A stretch of 64,000 nt of DNA from Fibrobacteria bacterium (GTDB lineage: Bacteria > Fibrobacterota > Fibrobacteria > UBA11236): assembly GCA_043745805.1 (NCBI GenBank), contig JAYTSD010000020.1:128001-192000 (forward strand). The letters run 5' to 3'. Below, in pieces: positions 37,389-46,272 of the stretch. The translations under genes were made by a program, and so were the position numbers. The number at the start of each line of letters is the position of its first letter. Positions within the stretch are counted from its first letter, which is position 1. Under the pieces are notes generated by a model that was not told the origin of the DNA, did no database searches, and was given only the letters and a program-made list of their open reading frames with translations.

Positions 37389-38819
37389 ATGACAACAGCT
37401 TCTCCTTCTACCGCTAAAGTGGAAAACGATTTTCACGTAGCCGATCTCAGCTTATCAGAATTCGGTCGTAAAGAAATCATTATTGCCGAAAAAGAAATGC
37501 CAGGACTTATGTCTTTGCGTGCTAAGTATGGCAAATTAAAACCATTAAAAGGCGCACGTGTTATGGGCTCTTTGCACATGACTATTCAAACCGCCGTATT
37601 GATTGAAACGCTCGTAGAATTAGGCGCCGATGTGCGTTGGGCTTCTTGCAATATTTTCTCCACTCAAGATCATGCGGCTGCGGCGATTGCTACAGCTGGC
37701 GTTCCAGTATTCGCTTGGAAAGGCGAAACCTTGGTTGAGTATTGGGATTGCACTTTCAAAGCTTTGGCATTTCCTGGTGGACTTGGCCCGCAATTGATTG
37801 TGGATGATGGTGGCGATGCCACTTTATTGATTCACTGGGGCGTAAAGGCGGAGAAAGATGCTTCTTTCTTGGATCGCAAACCTGGCAGTGAAGAAGAAGG
37901 AGTCATCTTAGAGTTACTTAAGAAGACTTTGAAAACGCATCCTGGAATTTGGACACGTTATATGAAGGATTGGAAAGGCGTTTCCGAAGAAACTACTACC
38001 GGCGTTCATCGTTTATACCAAATGATGCAAAAGGGTGAATTAATGGTTCCTGCTATCAATGTGAACGATAGTGTGACCAAGAGCAAGTTTGATAATTTAT
38101 ATGGCTGTCGCGAATCTTTGGCCGACGGTATCAAGCGTGCTACGGATGTGATGGTTGCCGGTAAAGTGGCTGTGGTTTGTGGCTATGGCGATGTAGGCAA
38201 AGGTTGCGCTCAAAGTATGCGCGGCTTTGGCGCTCGAGTGATTGTGAATGAAATCGATCCCATTTGCGCTTTGCAAGCCGCAATGGAAGGTTACAAAGTA
38301 GCTCCAGTAGAAGATGCATTACCCGAAGGAAATCTTTATATAACAACTACAGGTAATGTTGGCGTTATCACTGCCGAACATATGAGCAAGATGAAAGATC
38401 AAAGCATTGTTTGCAATATCGGTCATTTCGATAGCGAAATTGATGTTGTTGGTTTGCAGACTTGGCCTGGCATCAAAAAAGAAAATATCAAACCCCAAGT
38501 GGACAAATATATTTTCCCTGATGGCCATGAAATTTATCTCTTAGCCGAAGGCCGTTTGGTTAACTTAGGTTGCGCTACAGGCCATCCTAGTTTTGTAATG
38601 TCTAGCTCTTTCACCAATCAAACTTTAGCACAAATTGATTTGTGGACCAATCCTCGTCCAGTCGGTGTTTACACTTTGTCTAAACAATTGGACGAAGAAG
38701 TAGCTCGTTTACATTTGGAAAAGTTGGGTGTAAAGCTCACGAAGCTTTCTAAAGTTCAAAGCGACTATATTAGCGTTCCGGTTGAAGGCCCTTATAAGCC
38801 TGATCATTATCGCTATTAG
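37389..38819 (+). CDS. ahcY: Adenosylhomocysteinase
   Basis: [42 protein letters not shown]. Confidence 0.98.
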   Translation: MTTASPSTAKVENDFHVADLSLSEFGRKEIIIAEKEMPGLMSLRAKYGKLKPLKGARVMGSLHMTIQTAVLIETLVELGADVRWASCNIFSTQDHAAAAIATAGVPVFAWKGETLVEYWDCTFKALAFPGGLGPQLIVDDGGDATLLIHWGVKAEKDASFLDRKPGSEEEGVILELLKKTLKTHPGIWTRYMKDWKGVSEETTTGVHRLYQMMQKGELMVPAINVNDSVTKSKFDNLYGCRESLADGIKRATDVMVAGKVAVVCGYGDVGKGCAQSMRGFGARVIVNEIDPICALQAAMEGYKVAPVEDALPEGNLYITTTGNVGVITAEHMSKMKDQSIVCNIGHFDSEIDVVGLQTWPGIKKENIKPQVDKYIFPDGHEIYLLAEGRLVNLGCATGHPSFVMSSSFTNQTLAQIDLWTNPRPVGVYTLSKQLDEEVARLHLEKLGVKLTKLSKVQSDYISVPVEGPYKPDHYRY

Positions 38820-38843
38820 TAGTCGATAAAATTTTTAAAAATT

Positions 38844-38873
38844 AAAGCCTCCGTTTTCACGGAGGCTTTTTTT
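38844..38873 (+). terminator. Intrinsic terminator after ahcY
   Basis: aaagcctccg-ttttca-cggaggcttt followed by a T run. Confidence 0.85.
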
Positions 38874-38900
38874 ATGAACGCTATTTTAAATGTAAATAGC

Positions 38901-39758
38901 TTATGTAGCAAACACTTTGCTTTTCAATAAACAAAAGGCTCTTTCCCCTTTTTGTAAAGCATCGGGCCTTGCATCACGTACATTGTCTACTGGTGTGAAT
39001 TGCAAAATTTCCCAACCCGTTCTATGCAATATTCTTTTGAGACTGGCTTCGGTAAATATCCAATAATTGGTTGGATCATTATTCAGTTCATCGTCATTTA
39101 AAAAGTAAGCGATGGGCTCTTCTCGCATGTCAATAGTACTTCCGGGCAGGCGAGAGAATATACGCGTATTAAAAAACATATACTCCGTGTGTTTGGCAAA
39201 ATACTCCAAGGCATAATAAGGGTTTTTTAAATGATAGAGTAGGCCTGCAAAAAATATGGTGCCGAAGCGTTTTACGGGTAAAGTAAAAAAGCTATCCAAA
39301 TCCATATCGTGAATTTCAATTTTAGATTGACGTTCTTTTTTTAAGAGATGCGCGCCTTCGAGTTCATTGCAATTGGTCGGCGCATGATCAATCACATGCA
39401 GATTTTTAACTCCCAAGCTTTCTAAGAAAAAAGCCATGTCGCCATCCGCAGCGCCAATATCTCCCACTGGTTTATCACCTAGGAGGGAAAGAATATCGCG
39501 ATATTTTCCGCGTAATAATTGATTCCATTCCTTGAAAGTTCCGAGTGTGCTATGAGGGTACCAGACATGGGCCAGATTGGAAAATGTCAAACGATCCTTA
39601 ATCTGCTTTTGTTCGGCATCAAAGGCCTTACTTTTCATCAGCAAATTGAATAATGGATCTTTAGCATCACATAATTCTTCGGTATTGGAATCATACGGCG
39701 AAGTCCATTCTTTGATCCAAGTTTTCATTTGATCCACGGGGCCTTTATTCATGTTCAC
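38901..39758 (-). CDS. Class I SAM-dependent methyltransferase
   Basis: VGDIGAADG motif I, GLLYHLKNP, NDDPTNYW. Confidence 0.82.
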   Translation of the reverse strand: MNMNKGPVDQMKTWIKEWTSPYDSNTEELCDAKDPLFNLLMKSKAFDAEQKQIKDRLTFSNLAHVWYPHSTLGTFKEWNQLLRGKYRDILSLLGDKPVGDIGAADGDMAFFLESLGVKNLHVIDHAPTNCNELEGAHLLKKERQSKIEIHDMDLDSFFTLPVKRFGTIFFAGLLYHLKNPYYALEYFAKHTEYMFFNTRIFSRLPGSTIDMREEPIAYFLNDDELNNDPTNYWIFTEASLKRILHRTGWEILQFTPVDNVRDARPDALQKGERAFCLLKSKVFAT

Positions 39759-39773
39759 TCCGTATAAATTGAT

Positions 39774-41002
39774 TTAAAAAAGATGAATAGGAAAAGTATG
39801 ACTTTGATCACCCTCATCCATTTTTAGAAAATAAATGCCAGGTTTAAGATTATGCATATCCATAATCCATTCATGGTCATTCGCTTTAAGGAAAAGTTTT
39901 TCCATTGCTATCACTTTTCCCGTAACATGGAAGAGACGGACATTTGAGCAGAAGCATTTTTCAATTTCCATATTTTATTACCCACCGATTGCCAAGTCCA
40001 TAAGGCTTTGGGTTTGGCCAAGGGCTCAATTCCTGCATTGAGATCGCAGTGACTTTTCCAAGTAATTTTTGCTCCTCCATCTACTATTTCAAAATCAGTG
40101 ACCTTGATAATATCCAAGTCCCGCGTTCCCAAAAGCCCATTCCATTTAATGCTGGAGAATTGATCGCTTTGTCCCATTAAAGCGATATTGCCTCCGTCGG
40201 CGAGAAACATACCATAGGTTTTTAATGCTTTAGCCACAGTGCGCGCTGCGGCATTGGGAAGAGAGTCCAAGGGAAAATTCGCACGCAAACGCCAACGCGA
40301 TCCATAAGGCGGCGTGTCCGCCCCGCCACTGGCGGTTTTGGTGGCATGGGTGCCTGGATGTACATAGGTTAAATGTTGAATTCTATCATTGGGTAAAGCG
40401 AAGCGAATGGCATGTTTAATTTCACCGGCTTGGACTTCGGCAGGTGAAAACAACAAGGGAGCCATAGGTAACCCCGCTGCGTCGGCACTGCCGCAATCAT
40501 CCCCTCGGCCTGTAGGCCCATAAACACGAGTTAAATCCCATATCGCTAAACAACCACCCTGAAAATTATTACCGATAATATTGGCGCGCCACATTTCATA
40601 TAATTTTTTAGTAGGACGATGGATAACGATTAAATGACAGTCTCCATCTCCTGCGCAAGCATAATTTGTTTCGCCTTCTAAAGCGCCTACAGTTGGAACT
40701 GGCACAGCTGCGAGATTGCATTCATCCGAAAAAAAATTATCCGTTGGCGTAAAGGATTTAAAAGAAGTAGTGGAATTGCCTTCCAATACTTCTATGGAAA
40801 AATCCATTTGAAAACGCCCAGTTCCAAAGCCGCCATTTGTTCTCACGCCTTCAATTATTGAAGCGCTTTGATTATCCAGCGGCGCTTGTGAAATATCTTG
40901 CGTCCAAGTCGATCCGGCGGGGAAATAATCATACAAGCTTTGCGAATGAGTGATATGGAATGCACAAAGTGCTACTAACCCAAAAGCATACTTATATTTC
41001 AT
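39774..41002 (-). CDS. Secreted protein whose C-terminal sorting-like domain is separated by a frameshift
   Basis: Signal peptide; GDCHLIV..LYEMW, ADAAGLP, IKHAIRF, ALKTYGMFLADGG; the overlapping -1 frame (39774-39971) encodes RLFHVTGK...NLKPGIYFLKM. Confidence 0.7.
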
Positions 41003-41182
41003 GGTTCAATTATCTTTTACTTTAGGTTTGTAAGCCAATATTTCGCAATTTAAACCAAAAAACAAAAATTAAGGTTTATTACACTACAAATAAATCTATA
41101 ATAAGTGCGCATTTACTTGATTATTGCCTTTATTTATTTGTAAATTGAATATACAATACACTACAATGCTGATGGTCCAAAA

Positions 41183-42031
41183 TTGAAATCCATATTTGAT
41201 TACACCGATTATCGTATTTACTTGCAAGACTATTATACTTGGGCGAAGGTGCATAAGCGAGGATTTTCGCATCGCGCCTTTTTAGGCCGTGCAGGAATGT
41301 CGGGCCCTAATTATTTGAAGCGAGTAATGGAAGGTGCGCATAATCTCACAGATAATAGCATTCCTAAATTTGCATTAGCCTTAGAATTAGATGAAGCGCA
41401 AGCAAATTATTTTCAGCATTTAGTGCATTTCAATCAAGCCAAAACCTTGGAAGAAAAAGATCAATGCTTTGTTGCTTTAATGGAATTGAAATCGCCTTCG
41501 GCACAAACGCATAGTGTATTAGAAAAAGATCAATACGAATATTATTTAAACTGGTACAATGTGGCTTTGCGAGAAATGCTTTCATTTTTCCATTATCAAA
41601 ATAATCCTGAGGAAATGGGCAAGTTACTTATGCCTGCGGTGCCTTCCAAAAAAGTAAAAAAAGCCTTAGAATTATTACAACGCTTGATGATGGTGGAAGC
41701 AAAGCCTGACGGGAGTTTAAAGGCCGCTACCGCTTTTGTAAAATCAAATTCAGAAATAGAATCTTTATTAATTCCTAAATTTCATAAAGCCATGGCCACC
41801 TTAGCGGAAGAAGCAATAACGCGTTTTCCTAAATCCGAACGCCATTTTAGCTCGATAACAGTGAGTTTATCCGAACAAACCTATCACAAAATTATTGAAC
41901 TCATCCGCACTACCCGCAAACAAGCTCTGGAGGCTGTTGCGCAGGAGTCTACACCGGATAGAGTTTATCAAATGAATATGCAGCTATTTCCACTTACCGC
42001 GCTTAAATTAAAAAAGAAGAAGAGTGTATGA
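41183..42031 (+). CDS. TIGR02147-family protein (N-terminal HTH plus DUF4423-like domain)
   Basis: IFDYTDYRIYLQDYY, FSHRAF, YYLNWYNVALRE, VYQMNMQLFP. Confidence 0.88.
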   Translation: MKSIFDYTDYRIYLQDYYTWAKVHKRGFSHRAFLGRAGMSGPNYLKRVMEGAHNLTDNSIPKFALALELDEAQANYFQHLVHFNQAKTLEEKDQCFVALMELKSPSAQTHSVLEKDQYEYYLNWYNVALREMLSFFHYQNNPEEMGKLLMPAVPSKKVKKALELLQRLMMVEAKPDGSLKAATAFVKSNSEIESLLIPKFHKAMATLAEEAITRFPKSERHFSSITVSLSEQTYHKIIELIRTTRKQALEAVAQESTPDRVYQMNMQLFPLTALKLKKKKSV

Positions 42032-43110
42032 TGAAAAAAGCCTTTATGCATTTATGGAAAGTAGACCTAGGTCTATGTCTAGTTGCAGGGTTTTTAATTT
42101 CATGCCTTGGTGGAACGGGTACGGAAACAGAAAATCAAGTACAGGTATTTGCTCCTTTTCCAACGCAAAAGGAATTTACTTTGCAAATGGTCGATCAAAA
42201 TAATAAGCCATTGGCACTCACTAAAGTCAGCATTCAAAATGAAGGTTATATTCCAGATTCCTCCGCGGATTTATTAAGCACTAGTAATAGAAAAACCGAT
42301 AAATCAGGAAATCTGCAAATGGCTTTTAGTTTTGCGGGTTCATATGTTATAGAAGCTTATGATAGCACGGGCGTTATTCTTTTTGACACCTTGCATGTTA
42401 CGGGTTCAGGTCCGAAAATAAATTCGCGTATTTTTAAGGCGCAGGATTTTGCAGAGTTCAAAGGAAAAATAAGTTTACAGTCTTCATTAATTATGGATTC
42501 TGCTGCTTTATTTATTCGCGGTACTAAGCATAGAGTTAATATGGATAAAAAAGGGAATTACAATTTTGGGCGCATGCCTTTGGGCGTTAGTAAAATGGGC
42601 ATAGGCGCAAATTATTTTGCCAGTCAAGTTGCGCGTAAAGAATTGAGGGTTAAAATTGTTTCGACCATAATTCCTGCAGATACCACAAAGATTGACACGA
42701 CATCCACACAACCCACCGTAAAATTAGACACTACTTATTCCTGTTCTGAATTGCATAATGATACCTTGATGGTGGATTCAGCCAATCAAAATGTGCCTTT
42801 GGATTCAGTTCGTAAATCGGAAGACATTTATAGTACAAAGGCCATTAAAATATGCAGCTTAGTACCTGGCTCTGTAGTTCAAGTTAGTTCTAATACAAGT
42901 GAAAAACTTGCTGCACAATATCAAGTGATTAATGTTAACGATCAAATAAAAACAAATTTTATAGATACCCTAAAATCTATTTCTTCCAGCTGTATAAAAT
43001 CATCCACTGAAAAAGAAAATCAAGCTTTTGATTTGAAATTGGAATCGAATACGACAGGAACACAAATTGTCATACAGGATATTTATAAAGATCCCGTATG
43101 TACACCTTAA
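42028..43110 (+). CDS. Lipoprotein coupled to the TIGR02147 gene
   Basis: Lipobox LISC followed by GGTGTETEN; ATGA overlap; beta-rich sequence. Confidence 0.8.
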   Translation: MMKKAFMHLWKVDLGLCLVAGFLISCLGGTGTETENQVQVFAPFPTQKEFTLQMVDQNNKPLALTKVSIQNEGYIPDSSADLLSTSNRKTDKSGNLQMAFSFAGSYVIEAYDSTGVILFDTLHVTGSGPKINSRIFKAQDFAEFKGKISLQSSLIMDSAALFIRGTKHRVNMDKKGNYNFGRMPLGVSKMGIGANYFASQVARKELRVKIVSTIIPADTTKIDTTSTQPTVKLDTTYSCSELHNDTLMVDSANQNVPLDSVRKSEDIYSTKAIKICSLVPGSVVQVSSNTSEKLAAQYQVINVNDQIKTNFIDTLKSISSSCIKSSTEKENQAFDLKLESNTTGTQIVIQDIYKDPVCTP

Positions 43111-43158
43111 AAGTTTAAGGTAAAATTCTTAACGTGCAAAAAACAAAGAGAGTTTGTT

Positions 43159-43650
43159 TTAAGAAAAATTTTCGGATTCAAATTGTTGATGGTTTTTTTT
43201 CCACCAATCCGCCCATTGATCCATCATTCTTTTTTTACCTGCGAAGTCGGTATATTCCAAAGATCCAAAATTTTTACCTGAAAATCCTTCAAGTACTTTC
43301 CGAGCGATTTTATTAGTACGCATTGGTGGGTAGCCCAAAACCATTTCTTCTTCGGTAAGCAATTGGATTAAGGTGGATACACCTGTAAAGCAATTCATGG
43401 AGACTAGGGCTTGAGCAGCCGCTAAACGTACGCTGACGCTACTATCCTTTAAAGCTTTAATAAATTGTGGAAACAGTATTGGGTCATGGTATTCACTTAA
43501 TGCGGTGATAGCCACCCAGCGCGTAAATTCATGTTGGCTTTGCAATAATTCCAGCAAAGTGCTAATCTGCTCAGAGTTTTTCAGAATCTTTTCGTCCAAA
43601 CCTCTGTTTTCCCCAGAAAGTTGATTTTGTGAGCCGGTTGTTTTTTGCAT
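43159..43650 (-). CDS. HEAT-repeat protein
   Basis: TRWVAITAL and LKDSSVSVRLAAAQAL repeats. Confidence 0.75.
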   Translation of the reverse strand: MQKTTGSQNQLSGENRGLDEKILKNSEQISTLLELLQSQHEFTRWVAITALSEYHDPILFPQFIKALKDSSVSVRLAAAQALVSMNCFTGVSTLIQLLTEEEMVLGYPPMRTNKIARKVLEGFSGKNFGSLEYTDFAGKKRMMDQWADWWKKNHQQFESENFS

Positions 43651-43938
43651 AAGTAAAACCTTTGTCTAAAGGAATTGAGTAGACTATCCCTTAGACTTTT
43701 CCCCAACTGCAAAATGTAACCTTGTTGTTGAAAAAGTTTACATATTTTAAGATTTACCCCGAAAATTCGAGTAAATATGGCATGCGCTTTTAATTAAAAA
43801 CTAAACCAAAACAAAAAATACGTGAGATTTTAGAGCTATTTAAGTTGTTAAAGGCTTCAGAGATCCTTTAGTCGAGTAAGGGTTCGAAAAAACTAGACTC
43901 AGGTATCAGCCACTCCTATGCTCTAAGATAGAGGGTAT

Positions 43939-45609
43939 ATGCGAATTAATTTTCAAAAGTTGATTGTATTTTCATTGGCAATCGTAGTGTGGAGTGGGAA
44001 AGCTTTTGCAAGCTCTCCAGATTTACGTTTTGGTTTTGTGGGAACGGGTGGATTGTCTTTTGCCAAAAAATTTGGATTAGAATATTTCACTTTAGAAGGG
44101 AATTATACAGCAGGTCAGGGGCAAATATTTTCATCCGTAAATCCTATAAACGATCCTCCCATGGGTAAAAAAGTTCTGCGCGAAGTGGCCAAGCTTAATG
44201 TCAGAAATGATAGTTTAGGGGAAAATAATTCACAATTTCAATCTCGTTTTGAAACCTATAGTACTAATTTAACGACTTGGTATTTAATGGGAAGTTTTGG
44301 GACGAAACCAAAATTCACTTGGTATGCACCTAATCCTCAAAAATTAGTAGCTGCCGAAAGTACACAAATTTTAGAAACAATGCGTCGAGAAAAAACCAAG
44401 TCTATCGCTGGAACCGTATGGGAAATTGGTAATGAACCGAATGTATTTCCTGCTATTTTGCCGGAAGAATATGCAGCAATTGTTACGGTGTATACGCGAC
44501 TAATTAAAGCAGAAGATGCTAATGCACAAATCGCTTTAGGCTCTTTGTTTATGCCGGAAACCGCACCGGATCTTAAAATTAAAATTGAAGAAGAATTAAG
44601 AATAAAACTGCAAGCGAGCTTAACTAAGGCGGGAGTTTATAATTCTTTAGTGTCTATGGGTAAGTATAATTCACTCGCTAATGATTTAAAAAACACTTTA
44701 TTTAGTCGCATTTTAAATCAGGGCAGCAAAGAGTATTTAGATAAGGTGCTCGCAGCGTTACCCTCCGATGTAAATCCTAACTTGCTATCTTTGCATATTT
44801 ATCCTTATGATGATCGTACACCGTATTTACAAAATGCAGATTTTAAAAAAATAATTGATTCGACATTGGGAGCTATTACCAATGCTTGGCAAACAAAAAA
44901 CATTAGTCATTTGTGGATAACTGAGTTTGGAAATATCAATGCTAGCTTAAGCGAAAGTGAAGTGGCGTCACAATTGGAAAATTTGCTGAATATCTTTTCC
45001 GCAAATGCTCAAATTGAAAAATGGTTGTATTATAAAGCCACCGGAGCTGATGAACAATTTGCTTTAGTAAGTTCGGGTCCAGCGCCGCTCACACGATTGT
45101 CGATGACAACCGATTTCAATCCCAATGAAGCTGATTTTTCTTGTTCGCATTTAAATAGTATAGGTACTCTGTACTATTTAAGAGGTACGGGTAAGGTTTG
45201 CAGCGACCCAATTCCGAATCATGCTCCCGCTATTATTGCTTTACTTGTTTCCAAAGATAGTCTCGTATTGGGGGATTCCATACTCATACAAGTGCAGGCT
45301 TCTGACAGCGATGGCGATAGCTTACAATATTATTGGTTACGTAACGGGAAAGATACCCTAGCTAAGGCCAAAGAATTTATTTGGAAACCCTTGAGTATTG
45401 GACAAGATACTTTACAAGCTCAGGTGGGAGACGGTCATGGCGCATTTGCAAAGCAAAATTTTATTGTGGTGATTAAGGCGGCCTCAATTCCGGTGAGAAT
45501 TATTTCATCACATCAGATAGCCACTCCCTTTATTAAGCCTAACATAATCGATTGGCATTTCGAAGCCCGAAGGCGAATCTTGAATGGCAGAGAAAAACAT
45601 AGGCTTTGA
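43939..45609 (+). CDS. Secreted clan GH-A-like glycoside hydrolase with an Ig-like domain
   Basis: Signal peptide; WEIGNEPN, SLHIYP, LWITEFG; NHAP...ASDSDGDSLQYYW Ig-like module. Confidence 0.75.
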   Translation: MRINFQKLIVFSLAIVVWSGKAFASSPDLRFGFVGTGGLSFAKKFGLEYFTLEGNYTAGQGQIFSSVNPINDPPMGKKVLREVAKLNVRNDSLGENNSQFQSRFETYSTNLTTWYLMGSFGTKPKFTWYAPNPQKLVAAESTQILETMRREKTKSIAGTVWEIGNEPNVFPAILPEEYAAIVTVYTRLIKAEDANAQIALGSLFMPETAPDLKIKIEEELRIKLQASLTKAGVYNSLVSMGKYNSLANDLKNTLFSRILNQGSKEYLDKVLAALPSDVNPNLLSLHIYPYDDRTPYLQNADFKKIIDSTLGAITNAWQTKNISHLWITEFGNINASLSESEVASQLENLLNIFSANAQIEKWLYYKATGADEQFALVSSGPAPLTRLSMTTDFNPNEADFSCSHLNSIGTLYYLRGTGKVCSDPIPNHAPAIIALLVSKDSLVLGDSILIQVQASDSDGDSLQYYWLRNGKDTLAKAKEFIWKPLSIGQDTLQAQVGDGHGAFAKQNFIVVIKAASIPVRIISSHQIATPFIKPNIIDWHFEARRRILNGREKHRL

Positions 45610-45630
45610 GAAATATTTTGTTAAACTTGT

Positions 45631-45984
45631 TTGATGAATAGTATCAATGAAACTCTAGAAATTCTCAGCGAAGCTGATGCGGAAAAAATATACGAGGAAT
45701 CTTCCCATTTCCCCTTGCTCATTTATAAGCACAGTCCCATTTGTCCAACCAGTTTTTATGCACAAAAAGAATGGCAAAAATTTCTTGCGACTAGTCCACA
45801 AATAAAAACCTATTGGGTCAATGTGATTGCCTCTCGCAAAGCTTCACAAAACATTGCTGCCTTGACGGATATACGCCATCAATCTCCACAGATTTTATTA
45901 TTACAAAATAGGGTCTGTATTTGGAATGTCAGCCATGAGCAAATTATTTGGGAAGCGATTGCCGAGCAAGTAAAAAAACTTTAG
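45631..45984 (+). CDS. YtxJ/BrxC-family monothiol bacilliredoxin-like protein
   Basis: KHSPICPTS, RHQSPQILL, WNVSH. Confidence 0.82.
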   Translation: MMNSINETLEILSEADAEKIYEESSHFPLLIYKHSPICPTSFYAQKEWQKFLATSPQIKTYWVNVIASRKASQNIAALTDIRHQSPQILLLQNRVCIWNVSHEQIIWEAIAEQVKKL

Positions 45985-46272
45985 AAGCTCTACGATAGTA
46001 TGTTACTGGGATAATACTGTAATACAAAGTAAAATTGCATTTAGTGCGCAATAAAATCGAAATATCAGCCATTTAATACCATTGCTAAATGCCCGTGTTA
46101 ACTAGGGTTGTGTCTTTTAAAGCCATAAATAATTACTATCTAACTCGTAGAGTGTCGAGGCGATTATGACCCCACCGCTAAACTTCTCGATCTAGGAAAG
46201 AGTTTTATTAATGCTTATTTCGATAACATAGCTTGGGGGTTGGCTATGAGATAATTCACATCGGAGTATTTA

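Noticed and set aside
43826-43840. gattttagagcta resembles the start of a Cas9-type CRISPR repeat
   Set aside because: Single copy, no spacer array and no cas genes in the window.
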